Assembly: GCA_964016885.1 (NCBI GenBank)
Contig: OZ024761.1
Coordinates: forward strand, 19,654,001-19,718,000
Origin: Eledone cirrhosa
Lineage: Eukaryota
Direction of reading: 5' to 3'
Length of the DNA stretch: 64,000 nucleotides
Below the pieces are notes generated by a model that ran no database searches, was not told where the DNA came from, and saw nothing but the letters and a program-made list of their open reading frames with translations. A program made the position numbers and the translations under genes. Positions within the stretch are counted from its first letter, which is position 1. Each line of letters opens with the position of its first letter. Below are positions 12,641-25,548 of the stretch, in pieces.

Positions 12641-14105
12641 AATAATGATAATACTTTGGAGTATATTTGACTGCTATTTCTAGTATGCCTTGGCGCCGTC
12701 GTAGAGGGTCCCTCTTTTGGACACGGCCGACGGCATGGTTGAGTACAAAGAGATGTGAGTCATCTATCCATCATTTCATTTGTCAGTAATTAGATCCGAG
12801 TGAGATTAGGGAGTTGGTGTAGGGGTGAGAGCTAGGTTAGGGATGTTGATGTTGTTATGGTTCAATCGCAGGTCAGCCAAGACTGGGTAAATAGATTTAT
12901 CGATCCAATCCGTTCTAATCCTCGTCTCTTCCCTCTCCCATACAAGCATTGCTATTTTTCCACGACCCTTCCACCCCTTTCTTTCCTTCGTCTCTTTTTT
13001 TTTTATTATAAAAAAAATAAAGACAGTAGGAGCGATTTGAGGTAAATTTGGTTGCTATTTCTAGCGACCACATAGAGGCTTCCATGTTCGGTTCCCTGGA
13101 TTATGATCTTACGGTTATTGTATTGTTGTTTAGCCCCAGGTCAAGCTAAACTGAGTACATAGACTTACGGGTCGAAGACGTTCCATCAACGGTCACCTCG
13201 CCTTTCCTTCTCTCAGACATTGCTATATATGTTATCCAATGTGGCCTTCCCTCTCTCTCACTTGAGGGATATTTGGCTGCTAGTTCTAGCAGGTCCAACG
13301 ACCACGTGGCGGATCTGTTTATACTTGGCTGCAAATCTTACTGAAGTTGTTGTTTTGCCCCATGTAGGGCCTGATTGAACAAACCTTGTGATCAAAGGTG
13401 TCACAGCAGTGACCATCCCAACATTTGTTTAGAAGTACGTCTAAGAGCAGATATTCCATCCGGTGTGTATATGTGTGAAAAGAGGGAGATTTGGCTGCTA
13501 TTTCTAGCATGCCCTTTATCCTTCAGGTATGAGTGTGTGTGTGAATCGAGGGAGATTTGGTTACTATTTCTAGCGTGCCGTTTATCCTTCAGCTGTTTGT
13601 GTGTGTATCTATGTGTGTGTGTGTGTGTGAATCGAGGGAGATTTGGTTACTATTTCTAGCATGCCGTTTATCCTTCAGCTGTTTGTGTGTGTGTGTGAAT
13701 CGAGGGAGATTTGGCTGCTATTTCTAACATACCGTTTATCCTTCAGCTTAGTGTTGTGTGCGTGTGCGCGCGCGCGCGTAAATCTAGGGAGATTTGGCTG
13801 CTATTTCTAGCATGCCGGTTATCCTTCAGCTGTTTCTGGAATATGTGAGTCATTCATTCAGACGATGAAAAAACGTGGTTTTTGTTGTTGTTGCTGTTGT
13901 GAAGGTGTGATGGTTGTTGTTGCTGTTGTTGTTGTTGTGAAGATGCTGGTGGCTATTGTTGTGAAGGTGTGGTGGCTGTTATGGTGGTGGTTGTTTTTGT
14001 AATAGTAGTTATTGTTATTTAGCCCTAGGTCAGCCCTGATCCAGCATCCAGCAGAACTATGGATATATGATCAAATATGTCCTCCATCCATGACCGACCA
14101 TTATG

Positions 14106-16800
14106 ATTTCTATAATTTGAGTGACATAGTGTATCTAGGAATACATTTGTATAATGTGAGTGGCACAGTATATCTAGGAATACATTTGTATGATGTGAGT
14201 GGCACAGTGTATCTAGGAAATCATTTGTATAATGTGAGTGGCACAGTGTATCTAGGAATACATTTGTATAATGTGAGTGGCACAGTGTATCTAGGAATAC
14301 ATTTCTATGATGTGAGTGGCACAGTGTATCTAGGAAATCATTTGTATGATGTGAGTGGCACAGTGTATCTAGGAATACATTTGTATAATGTAAGTGGCAC
14401 AGTGTATCTAGGAAATCATTTGTATGATGTGAGTGGCACAGTGTATCTAGGAATACATTTGTATAATGTGAGTGGCACAGTGTATCTAGGAATACATTTG
14501 TATAATGTGAGTGGCACAGTGTATCTAGGAATACATTTGTATAATGTGAGTGGCACAGTGTATCTAGGAATACATTTCTATGATGTGAGTGGCACAGTGT
14601 ATCTAGGAATACATTTGTATAATGTGAGTGGCACAGTGTATCTAGGAAATCATTTGTATGATGTGAGTGACACAGTGTATCTAGGAATACATTTCTATAA
14701 TGTGAGTGGCACAGTGTATCTAGGAAATCATTTGTATAATGTGAGTGGCACAGTGTATCTAGGAATACATTTGTATAATGTGAGTGGCACAGTGTATCTA
14801 GGAATACATTTCTATGATGTGAGTGGCACAGTGTATCTAGGAAATCATTTGTATGATGTGAGTGACAGTGTATCTAGGAATACATTTGTATAATGTAAGT
14901 GGCACAGTGTATCTAGGAATACATTTGTATAATGTGAGTGGCACAGTGTATCTAGGAATACATTTGTATAATGTGAGTGGCACAGTGTATCTAGGAATAC
15001 ATTTGTATAATGTGAGTGGCACAGGGTATCTAGGAATACATTTCTATGATGTGAGTGGCACAGTGTATCTAGGAATACATTTGTATAATGTGAGTGGCAC
15101 AGTGTATCTAGGAATACATTTGTATAATGTGAGTGGCACAGTGTATCTAGGAAATCATTTGTATGATGTGAGTGACACAGTGTATCTAGGAATACATTTC
15201 TATAATGTGAGTGGCACAGTGTATCTAGGAATACATTTGTATAATGTGAGTGGCACAGTGTATCTAGGAATACATTTGTATAATGTGAGTGGCACAGTGT
15301 ATCTAGGAATACATTTCTATGATGTGAGTGGCACAGTGTATCTAGGAAATCATTTGTATGATGTGAGTGGCACAGTGTATCTAGGAATACATTTGTATAA
15401 TGTAAGTGGCACAGTGTATCTAGGAAATCATTTGTATGATGTGAGTGGCACAGTGTATCTAGGAATACATTTGTATAATGTGAGTGGCACAGTGTATCTA
15501 GGAATACATTTGTATAATGTGAGTGGCACAGTGTATCTAGGAATACATTTGTATAATGTGAGTGGCACAGTGTATCTAGGAATACATTTCTATGATGTGA
15601 GTGGCACAGTGTATCTAGGAATACATTTGTATAATGTGAGTGGCACAGTGTATCTAGGAAATCATTTGTATGATGTGAGTGACACAGTGTATCTAGGAAT
15701 ACATTTCTATAATGTGAGTGGCACAGTGTATCTAGGAAATCATTTGTATAATGTGAGTGGCACAGTGTATCTAGGAATACATTTGTATAATGTGAGTGGC
15801 ACAGTGTATCTAGGAATACATTTCTATGATGTGAGTGGCACAGTGTATCTAGGAAATCATTTGTATGATGTGAGTGACACAGTGTATCTAGGAATACATT
15901 TGTATAATGTAAGTGGCACAGTGTATCTAGGAATACATTTGTATAATGTGAGTGGCACAGTGTATCTAGGAATACATTTGTATAATGTGAGTGGCACAGT
16001 GTATCTAGGAATACATTTGTATAATGTGAGTGGCACAGGGTATCTAGGAATACATTTCTATGATGTGAGTGGCACAGTGTATCTAGGAATACATTTGTAT
16101 AATGTGAGTGGCACAGTGTATCTAGGAATACATTTGTATAATGTGAGTGGCACAGTGTATCTAGGAAATCATTTGTATGATGTGAGTGACACAGTGTATC
16201 TAGGAATACATTTCTATAATGTGAGTGGCACAGTGTATCTAGGAATACATGTCTATGATGTGAGTGGCACAGTGTATCTAGGAATACATTTGTATGATGT
16301 GAGTGGCACAATGTATCTAGGAATACATTTGTATGATGTGAGTGGCACAGTGTATCTAGGAATACATTTCTATAATGTGAGTGGCACAGTGTATCTAGGA
16401 ATACATTTCTATAATGTGAGTGACACAGTGTATCTAGGAATACATTTCTATGATGTGAGTGGCACAGTGCATCTAGGAATACATTTGTATGATGTGAGTG
16501 GCACAGTGCATCTAGGAATACATTTCTATGATGTGAGTGGCACAATGTATCTAGGAATACATTTGTATGATGTGAGTGGCACAGTGTATCTAGGAATACA
16601 TTTCTATAATGTTAGTGGCACAGTGTATCTAGGAATACATGTCTATGATGTGAGTGGCACAGTGTATCTAGGAATACATTTCTATAATGTGAGTGGCACA
16701 GTGTATCTAGGAAATCATTTGTATGATGTGAGTGGCACAGTGTATCTAGGAATACATTTGTATGATGTGAGTGGCACAGTGCATCTAGGAATACATTTGA
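14106..16800. repeat. 39-bp minisatellite, about 69 copies
   Basis: Unit CTAGGAATACATTTGTATAATGTGAGTGGCACAGTGTAT. Confidence 0.97.
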
Positions 16801-16904
16801 AATAAGAATAAAGATGGCAATTGTATTTCAGTACGTTTTCATGTGAATGTATATATATATGTGAATGTATATATATATACTGTATTATATATATATGTGT
16901 GTGT

Positions 16905-16994
<90 letters not shown>

Positions 16995-17034
16995 CGATAT
17001 TAATAAATGGAAACTATATTTATAAAACCATATT

Positions 17035-17099
17035 TATTTCATTATACATATTTCAGGGATACCAAATTAAATTATGGTGTGCCTTCATCAGACAAAATA
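17035..17099 (-). ncRNA. Minimal type-I hammerhead ribozyme (A)
   Basis: TATTTTGT-CTGATGA-AGG..CACCA/TGGTA..CCT-GAAA-TATGT-ATA^-ATGAAATA. Confidence 0.75.
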
Positions 17100-17130
17100 C
17101 AATATATAACAGTTTTACAAATAAGCTTTG

Positions 17131-17168
<38 letters not shown>

Positions 17169-17318
17169 AGAGTTAAACAAGATTCAATGAATACATCAAA
17201 GAATGAGTTTTACAATAGATTGGAAGCACTCTACAAGAATAAATATTTTCCAGAGTTATTAATATTAATTCCAAATATTAACAAAATAGATATTCTTGTG
17301 ATCAATTATATTTTATTA

Positions 17319-17385
17319 TATTTTATTATACATATTTCAGAGGTACTGAATTAAGTTCAACAGTACGTCCTCATCAGATAAAATA
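17319..17385 (-). ncRNA. Minimal type-I hammerhead ribozyme (B)
   Basis: TATTTTAT-CTGATGA-GGAC-GTACTG..CAGTAC-CTCT-GAAA-TATGT-ATA^-ATAAAATA; perfect 8-bp stem I. Confidence 0.8.
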
Positions 17386-17636
17386 AAATGATACATGACA
17401 TACCCTGACATGGTAGATGGTTAAGTATATATATATATTAAAGGATCGATCGACTTTCGTCAAATCGGACCGAGGAATCAATGTTTCCGTCGGTCTTTCC
17501 AGTTGCTAGTACTATCTATCGGTCGCAACTCCAGGTAGAAGGAGCAACGTGAAATAAAGTGTCTTGCTCAAGGACATAACGCATCGCCCGGTCCAGGAAT
17601 CGAACTCCTGGACCGGGCGATGCGTTATAAATGTAA

Positions 17637-17682
<46 letters not shown>

Positions 17683-18039
17683 TGGATTTATGTATCTGAG
17701 ACTACATTTTTAAGACACCTATTTTTCTTCATTTTTTATCGTGTTTTGATTTGAGGGAGAAATTCAGCTATTATTTCTAGCACGCGTCGGGGAATCACAT
17801 CGAGAAAGTCCCGTAGTGTTTACTACCTGACTATCTATCTATGTAAATGTGTGAAGAAGAGGGTAGTGATGGAGCAACGCAGGACAGTCTACCTAGGAAT
17901 ATATCATCCTATGTGTCATCCATCCAATTTTGTTTTCGGTGATGGTGGTGGTGTTGGTGGGAGGAGGAGAGTAAAAACAGCGTTATATAGCTGCTATTTT
18001 TAGCAGGTCGATCGATTACGCATAGAGGAGATACCACAC

Positions 18040-19176
18040 ACATACACACACATATATATACATATATATATATCATCGTTTTTACATGTGTTTGTATATA
18101 TATAAATGTGTGTGTATGTATGTATATGTATGTATATATATACATATATATACATATAAATGTATATATATGTATATATATACATATAAATGTATATATA
18201 TGTATATATATATACATATATATGTATATATATACATATATATACATATATGTATATATATACATATATGTATATATATACATATATATGTATATATATA
18301 CATATATATGTATATATATACATATATATGTATATATATACATATATATACATATATATGTATATATATACATATATATGTATATATATACATATATATG
18401 TATATATATATACATATATATGTATATACATATGTATATATATATACATATATATATATACATATATGTATATATATATACATATATATTTATATACATA
18501 TATATGTATATATATATACATATATATTTATATACATATATATTTATATATATATACATATGTATATATATAAAAGACGTAAAATAAGAAAATTTTAAAA
18601 AATTTAAAAAATTAACTTACTAAAATTTTCACTCCAATGTATATATATACATATATATGTATATATATATATATACATATGTATATATACATATGTATAT
18701 ATATGTATATATATATACATGTATATATATATATATATATATACATGTATATATATATATACATATGTATGTATATATATATATACATATGTATGTATAT
18801 ATATATACATGTATATATATATATATATACATGTATATATATATATACATATGTATGTATATATATATACATGTATATATATATATATATACATGTATAT
18901 ATATATATACATATGTATGTATATATATATACATATATATATATATACATATATATGTATATATATATACATATATATGTATATATATATATATACATAT
19001 ATATGTATATATATATACATATATATCTACATATATATCTACATATATACATATATATGTATACACATATAAACACACACATACACATATATAAACACAC
19101 ACACGCACACACACATATATATATAAACACACACACATATATAAACACACACACATATATAAACACACACACGCAC

Positions 19177-19200
<24 letters not shown>
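18040..19200. repeat. (TA)n/(TACA)-type microsatellite field
   Basis: Direct reading. Confidence 0.95.
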
Positions 19201-19208
<8 letters not shown>

Positions 19209-19211
19209 TGA

Positions 19212-19260
19212 GATTCTACAGGACTAGAACTGTTTCATTCATTAGAAATCATCAGGAATC
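19212..19260 (-). ncRNA. Degenerate hammerhead-like motif
   Basis: GATTC-CTGATGA-T-TTC-TAAT-GAA-T-GAAAC-AGTTCTA-GTC...GAATC; geometry imperfect. Confidence 0.35.
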
Positions 19261-19327
19261 ATTTATACTCTGCTATGTATTGAGTACCTTACTTACTGTG
19301 GTTACCTCCGATTCAACCCGGAATAAC

Positions 19328-19372
<45 letters not shown>

Positions 19373-20335
19373 ACATAAACAGAGAAAGCCTTAAGCGATA
19401 CTCCGACCAATTCCATCTCACTCAACAAACATTAGGATATACCTAAGTATAATCCCAGTTTAGTGTTTGGGGTGCTAACTAATCAGTATTTCGTGGATAG
19501 CTGGTTGTATTATTTTATATGAGACATTATTAAATAAATATCTCATTCCTTCCAGACGGCCGTTTCGTTATAAGATTTCTACAAATTGGGATAAATTATT
19601 TCCAGGTTATATATATATATATATTTATATATTTCAAACATTCCGGCAGAAAGGGACTTTGAGAGATTAAGGGACTTTGAGAGATTAAGCCCCTTCAGTT
19701 ATGTGGAAACTTGTTGAATGATCTTTCGTTTTTACTACACCGATTCTCTATCGACTCTAAATATGCTACGGTGATCGTGTTTTTAATTTTCTTAGTCTCA
19801 TATTGGTGATAAAAAAGTGAGCTTATAATAATAGTAATTATAATAATTTCATTTATTGGCCACAAGGACCGACATGTAGGGAACAATACAAAGACAGGGA
19901 TAGTGGGGGGTTTACAATAAGGTCGAGTAAAAGTGCACAATGGCAAAACTAATTTAACAATGAAGATATACAAATATAAAATAAACTATGTATAAATAAA
20001 TATAATAATAATAATTGTTTCTACTTTAGGCACAAGGCCAGCAAATTACCCAGTGTATTACTGGTACTTTATTTTATCGACCCCGTAACAATAATAATAA
20101 TAATGATTTCTTTATTAGCCACACTGGGGTCACATTAAGGAAACATTAAAGGCGGTACGGGACGATATGGTGTGTGGTAAAACAACATTTATAACATACT
20201 AAGAAAATAAACATAACTTCCCCAAAGGTGAGCAGATTCTAAGGGTCACTCGTGTAGAAATCCCACAAAAGCCACGGTACAGGTACAGTATTTATACTTA
20301 AACCCTCCGCCACCCCAAAACTAATGGAAGCTCTG

Positions 20336-20385
<50 letters not shown>

Positions 20386-20389
20386 AAAA

Positions 20390-20720
20390 TGGAACGGGAA
20401 CAAAACAGAGAGGCAGTATGAACAAAGGTTTATTAGTTTCACGCTCTTGAGAGTGTGGGGCGGGGAACGTTTCGGGCATAAGCCCTTCTTCAGGCGAAAA
20501 GTGTGTGGGAAGAGAGTTCCAAGGGTGTGTAGGGGAGTGGGGGAGAGACATTTAGAAAAGAGGGGGTGAGAGGAAACGGTGGAAGTGGTACAAATGAAAA
20601 TAAATATGAAAAAATAATAAAAATAAACAGGAAGATAAAGTGGTGGAAGGATGTGGGGCGTGTAGGGGCTGGTGGCGGGTGGAGTGGGGAGAGGGTGGTG
20701 TGTGTGAGAGAGAGTTGGGG
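20390..20720 (-). mobile_element. Penelope-like element terminal-repeat remnant with hammerhead core
   Basis: CTGAAGAA-GGGC-TTAT-GCCC-GAAACGT at 20493-20467, C-rich upstream tract, downstream AATAAA, bounded by (TA)n. Confidence 0.6.
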
Positions 20721-20924
20721 GAAGAACGTTTATATATATATATATATAGTGTGCGTGTGTGTGTGGGGGGGGGGGGGGGGGTGCCCCCTGGAACCCCCCT
20801 GAAACAAGGCCCTTGCATACACACATATATAAACACACACTCCGGTCGTTTCGACAGCTAGATCCGAACCCTAAGTATTAAGTACTTGGTGGGTTATAGT
20901 CTACTTGGGTTTTACCACACCCTA

Positions 20925-20972
<48 letters not shown>

Positions 20973-21131
20973 ATCAAAATATTTTTTTTAATTAATTTAA
21001 TTTAATATATATATCTGAAAAGATTCAGGACCCCGACGGCTGAGCTCTGGTCGTTTCAACAGCTAGATCCGAACCCTAAGTATCAAGTACTTGGTGGGTT
21101 ATAGTCTACTTGGTTTTTACCACACCCTATC

Positions 21132-21187
<56 letters not shown>

Positions 21188-21575
21188 ATTGTAGGATCCA
21201 GTTACTGTAGGTTCACCAGAGTGAGCACTCGATGCGAGTTTCCAGTAAGTATAGAGGTGTAGAACTAAGCAGAGTGTAATAAAAAAGGATAATTTGTTAT
21301 GTCTTGAGCTGATCAATAGCGAAACGCGCGTCACTAATCAATAAACGAAATGAAAACATAACAAATCATCCTTTTTATTATTATGATTATTATATATATA
21401 TATATATAGAGAGAGAGAGTGTGTATATATATATATATAAAGAGAGAGAGAGGGGGGTACATATGAAAGAAAAGCACAATCAATACATAATGTATGTAAA
21501 TATATATGATTTAGATCGATATTCAGTTCTTACAATATATATACAATGTATATATAATAATAATAATATTATTAT

Positions 21576-21607
<32 letters not shown>

Positions 21608-23608
21608 TTGTAAGAACACATTTGTTAAGTTATGTTCCAAGCACCATTTTAATCGCGAGAAAGTTATTATAATAATATTAAATCACCCGAAATTCTTCAT
21701 AATTTTCAAAATTATTTAAATCCACAGGTTGTCTTTCATTAGAAATATAAGAACGATATAAACACACACACACACACACACATACATACATACATACATA
21801 CATACACACAACAGAAACACAAATCCGCCTTCTCAATTTTACTTTTGAAAAGCATAAGAACTGTGGAACCGGTAAATAAATAAATATTCTTAAAAGACTC
21901 CAGTTGGATTTTCGAGATATTTTCCCTATATATATATATATATATATTAAAATAATATATATATATATCAATGATATTAATAAATGGAAACTATATTTAT
22001 AAAACCAATTCCATTTATTAATATCATTGATATTATACTCCAGAAAACATGTTGAGTGCTTCGAATCAGTTATAAATTTATTGAATTACCAGTTATATAT
22101 GTGTTGAATTACCAACAAATTAAATATCCCTTTTGCTTAAATATATATATATATATATATAATGAATGAATGAATGAAGAACAAGAGAAAAGAACAAAAA
22201 TGAAGGAAAATAGAAAACAGTAAGATATAAGATCGAATATATACATGTATATATATATATAAATATATATGATTATATGTATATGATTATATATATATGA
22301 TTATATATATATACATGTATATATAAATATATATGATTATATATATATATATGATTATATGTGTATGTATGATATTTTATATATATAAACACTATTTAGA
22401 AAGAGATATAAAACAATTCAATAAGAAATGGTAATGAAAGTTTAACAACTTACGGCAAAAACACACTAGTGTGTCTTCAGTCTTCTAAAGATATTTACTA
22501 AATCAACAAAACATTACCGTTTCTCTCCCTTCCTTCTCCTGTCTCTCTCTCTTCCTTCTCCTCTCTCTCTCTCTCCATTCCTTCTCCTCTCTCTCCCTTC
22601 TCCTCTTTCTCTCTCTCTCTCTCTTCCCTCTCTCTCTCTCTCTCTCTCTCTCTCCCTTCCTTCTCTCTCTCTCTCTCCCTTATCCTCTCTCTCTCTCTTC
22701 CCTCTCCTCTCTCTCTCCCTTCCTTCTTTCTCTCTCTCTCAATCTCTTTTTCCCCTCTATTTCTCACCCACTCTCTCTTTCTCCCTCTATTTATTTCTCA
22801 CTCTATATTTCTTTCTCTCTCTCTCTTCTCTCCCTCTTTCTCCCTTTCGCCCCCTCTGTTTCTTCCTCTTTCTCTACATCTTTCTCTCTCTCTCTTCTCT
22901 CCCTCTTTCTCCCTTTCACCCCCTCTGTTCTTCCTCTTTCTCTACATCTTTCTCACTCTCCCATTCATTCTCTCTCTCTTTCTCAGACAGACGACATTTG
23001 GTGACTTGCCAAACATCGAAATTGTACTTTAGACCAATCAAAACACTTCTTTTACACATCACACGTCTCATTCACTACTGTCTTTTATTTCATTCGTTCA
23101 ATTTCTTTCCTTCCCCTCTCTCTATATCGTTATCTATCTATCTATTAACATATCTATCTATTTATCTACCCACTTGCCCATCTATCTATCTATCCATCTC
23201 TCTAAATTCTCAACAATAGATATGTGGGTGTCCATGTTTGTCCGACTGACCTACCTATTGGTATATAGTACCTGGGTACTACTTATCCATAGACATATCT
23301 ATCTGCTCGATCAAAGATGACCTAGAGAAGGGGGTGGTTTTTATTAGTTCTTTCTTACTCTCTTCCACTTCAATACTAGCCATCTCCCTCTCACTATTAT
23401 CATACAGACTCACCTCCTCCCACCCCTGCTTTCTTTTCTTGTGTGACTCAGTGTCTTACATACATGAGTAAAAGGTAAAATATCCGGGTTAGTTTTGGGT
23501 GGAAGGGAGCGGGCTAAAAAAATATATGTTTTTGCTTTGGGTGTCCGAGCGGGTCCGGTCACTTCCACCAAAAATTGGCTCGTATATGTTACCTTTTACT
23601 CAATTTTT

Positions 23609-23660
23609 GCTGTCTGAAGAAATCACGATATCTATTCGTCATGGAAATATGTATAACGGC
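23609..23660 (+). ncRNA. Minimal type-I hammerhead ribozyme (H)
   Basis: GCTGT-CTGAAGA-AATCACGA..TCGTCATG-GAAA-TATGT-ATA^-ACGGC. Confidence 0.7.
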
Positions 23661-23732
23661 TGAATTAATAAAAGACTCTAACATCTACAACTTCGAATTT
23701 TCCTCTGTATATATATATATATATATATATAA

Positions 23733-23928
23733 AAAGGAACGATCGACTTTCGTCAAATCGGACCGAGGGAACAATGTTTCCGTTGGTCTTTCCAATTGCT
23801 AATACTATCTATCGGTCGCAACTCCAGGTAGAAGGAGCAACGTGAAATAAAGTGTCTTGCTCAAGGACATAACGCATCACCTGGTCCAGGAATCCAATTC
23901 TCTAACCACTCAGCCACACGCCTTCACA
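23733..23928 (-). mobile_element. CORE-SINE variant with a different tail (second copy 17441-17605)
   Basis: Partial tRNA head and CORE followed by CTTCTACCTGGAGTTGCGACCGATAGATAG..TCGGTCCGATTTGACGAAAGTCGATCG. Confidence 0.7.
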
Positions 23929-24176
23929 ATTATATATATATATATATATAAAACGAAGGAGTTGTGGTAAGGAACCAGATGGACCATAAGGCACCAGAGT
24001 ACTCAATACTTAGGGTAGTAGAGTGGGTAATAGGAAAATGTATGACCCCGAAGGCAGAGCTCAAGTCGTTTCGACGTCTATTTCTGGACCCTAATTCAGT
24101 CGGCTATTTCTGAACACTAATTCAGTCCAGAAATAGCCGTCGAAACGGCTTGAGCTCTGCCGTCGGGGTCATACAT

Positions 24177-24212
<36 letters not shown>

Positions 24213-24579
24213 TTGCGAGGTTTTTGATATGAAATCGTGTGTCGAAACAAATATTGTTATACTTGGGGAGGGTCATATTTGTGTAATATTGCCAGAATTA
24301 ATAACAGAACACACTGTTTGGTTGGTTTTCGCTTCTGTGTCTTTTATATCGGTAATTTAATTTATTCGGTCCTCAATGTTGCCAATGAACAACATACACA
24401 AAAGTCAACAAGTTTCTGTCTGTGGAGTTCGTTGACTTTTGTGTATGTTGTTCATTGGCAACATTGAGGACCGAATAAATTAAATTACCGATATAAAAGA
24501 CACAGAAGCGAAAAGCGAAAACCAACCAAACAGTGTGTTCTGTTATTAATTCTGGCAATATTACACAAATATGACCCTC

Positions 24580-24641
<62 letters not shown>

Positions 24642-24709
24642 GTAAATATCTTTAAGTCGTTTGGAATATATATATACGGGGTAACAAATAATAGTTATAT
24701 ATATACTTG

Positions 24710-24743
<34 letters not shown>

Positions 24744-24825
24744 CAAGTATCCAGACAGCTTCCAAAAATAATGGTCGCATCTAATAGGGTACGTCAAAAT
24801 TATTTATAAAACTGTTTATATATTG

Positions 24826-24890
24826 TATTTTGTCTGATGAAGGCATACCATATTTTAATTTGGTATCCCTGAAATATGTATAATGAAATA
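24826..24890 (+). ncRNA. Minimal type-I hammerhead ribozyme (C), inverted near-copy of A
   Basis: TATTTTGT-CTGATGA-AGGC-ATACCA..TGGTAT-CCCT-GAAA-TATGT-ATA^-ATGAAATA. Confidence 0.78.
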
Positions 24891-24982
24891 AATATGGTTT
24901 TATAAATATAGTTTCCATTTATTTAATATATATATATATATGTGTGTGTGTGTGTATATATATACTAAGTATTTCCGAAGAT

Positions 24983-25057
24983 TACCTCTCTGTCTGATGA
25001 ACGAACTAAACGTATGTTAATATTGTCTAGGGTCCTGAAACCTTTGGTAATGGAGTA
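24983..25057 (+). ncRNA. Type-I hammerhead ribozyme (D), decayed stem II
   Basis: CTCTGT-CTGATGA...GAAA-CC-TTT-G-GTA^-ATGGAG. Confidence 0.55.
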
Positions 25058-25185
25058 GTTATATATTGTGTTGTTCATTCTCTAATTAAATATATATATA
25101 TATATGTATATATAACTATCCAGCGAATTTTCAACCGTCAAGGTTGTTTTCCATGGTTATGAAACTATTGATAAAACAAATTTTG

Positions 25186-25250
25186 TATTTTATCTGATGA
25201 AAGCGCACCAAGATTGGCTTGGTAGCCCTTGAAATATATATAATAAAATA
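25186..25250 (+). ncRNA. Minimal type-I hammerhead ribozyme (E)
   Basis: TATTTTAT-CTGATGA-AAG..ACCAAG/CTTGGT..CTT-GAAA-TATAT-ATA^-ATAAAATA. Confidence 0.8.
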
Positions 25251-25380
25251 ATTATGGTTTTATAAATATAGTTTCCATTTATTAATATATTGAATATTTG
25301 CTCCAGTACTCTATTGAGTGCTCTACATCAGTTATAAACTTTTAAGTTTGTTGGAATCCCAACAAATTAAATATAACTTC

Positions 25381-25433
<53 letters not shown>

Positions 25434-25492
25434 CAAGGCTCTGATACCATCAACACTATAAACACAGAGCTGGCATATCTAAGAACTGACTA

Positions 25493-25548
25493 ACTGCCTG
25501 ATGAGGTCATAGCCATTCAATGGCTATCATCGAAATATATATAGCAGT
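25493..25548 (+). ncRNA. Minimal type-I hammerhead ribozyme (F)
   Basis: ACTGC-CTGATGA-GGT-C-ATAGCCA-TTCAA-TGGCTAT-C-ATC-GAAA-TATAT-ATA^-GCAGT. Confidence 0.85.

Noticed and set aside
14106-16800. CRISPR-like regular repeats (also 40190-41580)
   Set aside because: No unique spacers, no cas genes, eukaryotic context
14012-16805. Long ORFs of 293, 566 and 647 aa
   Set aside because: Translations of a 39-bp minisatellite; frameshifted, no domain, no splice context
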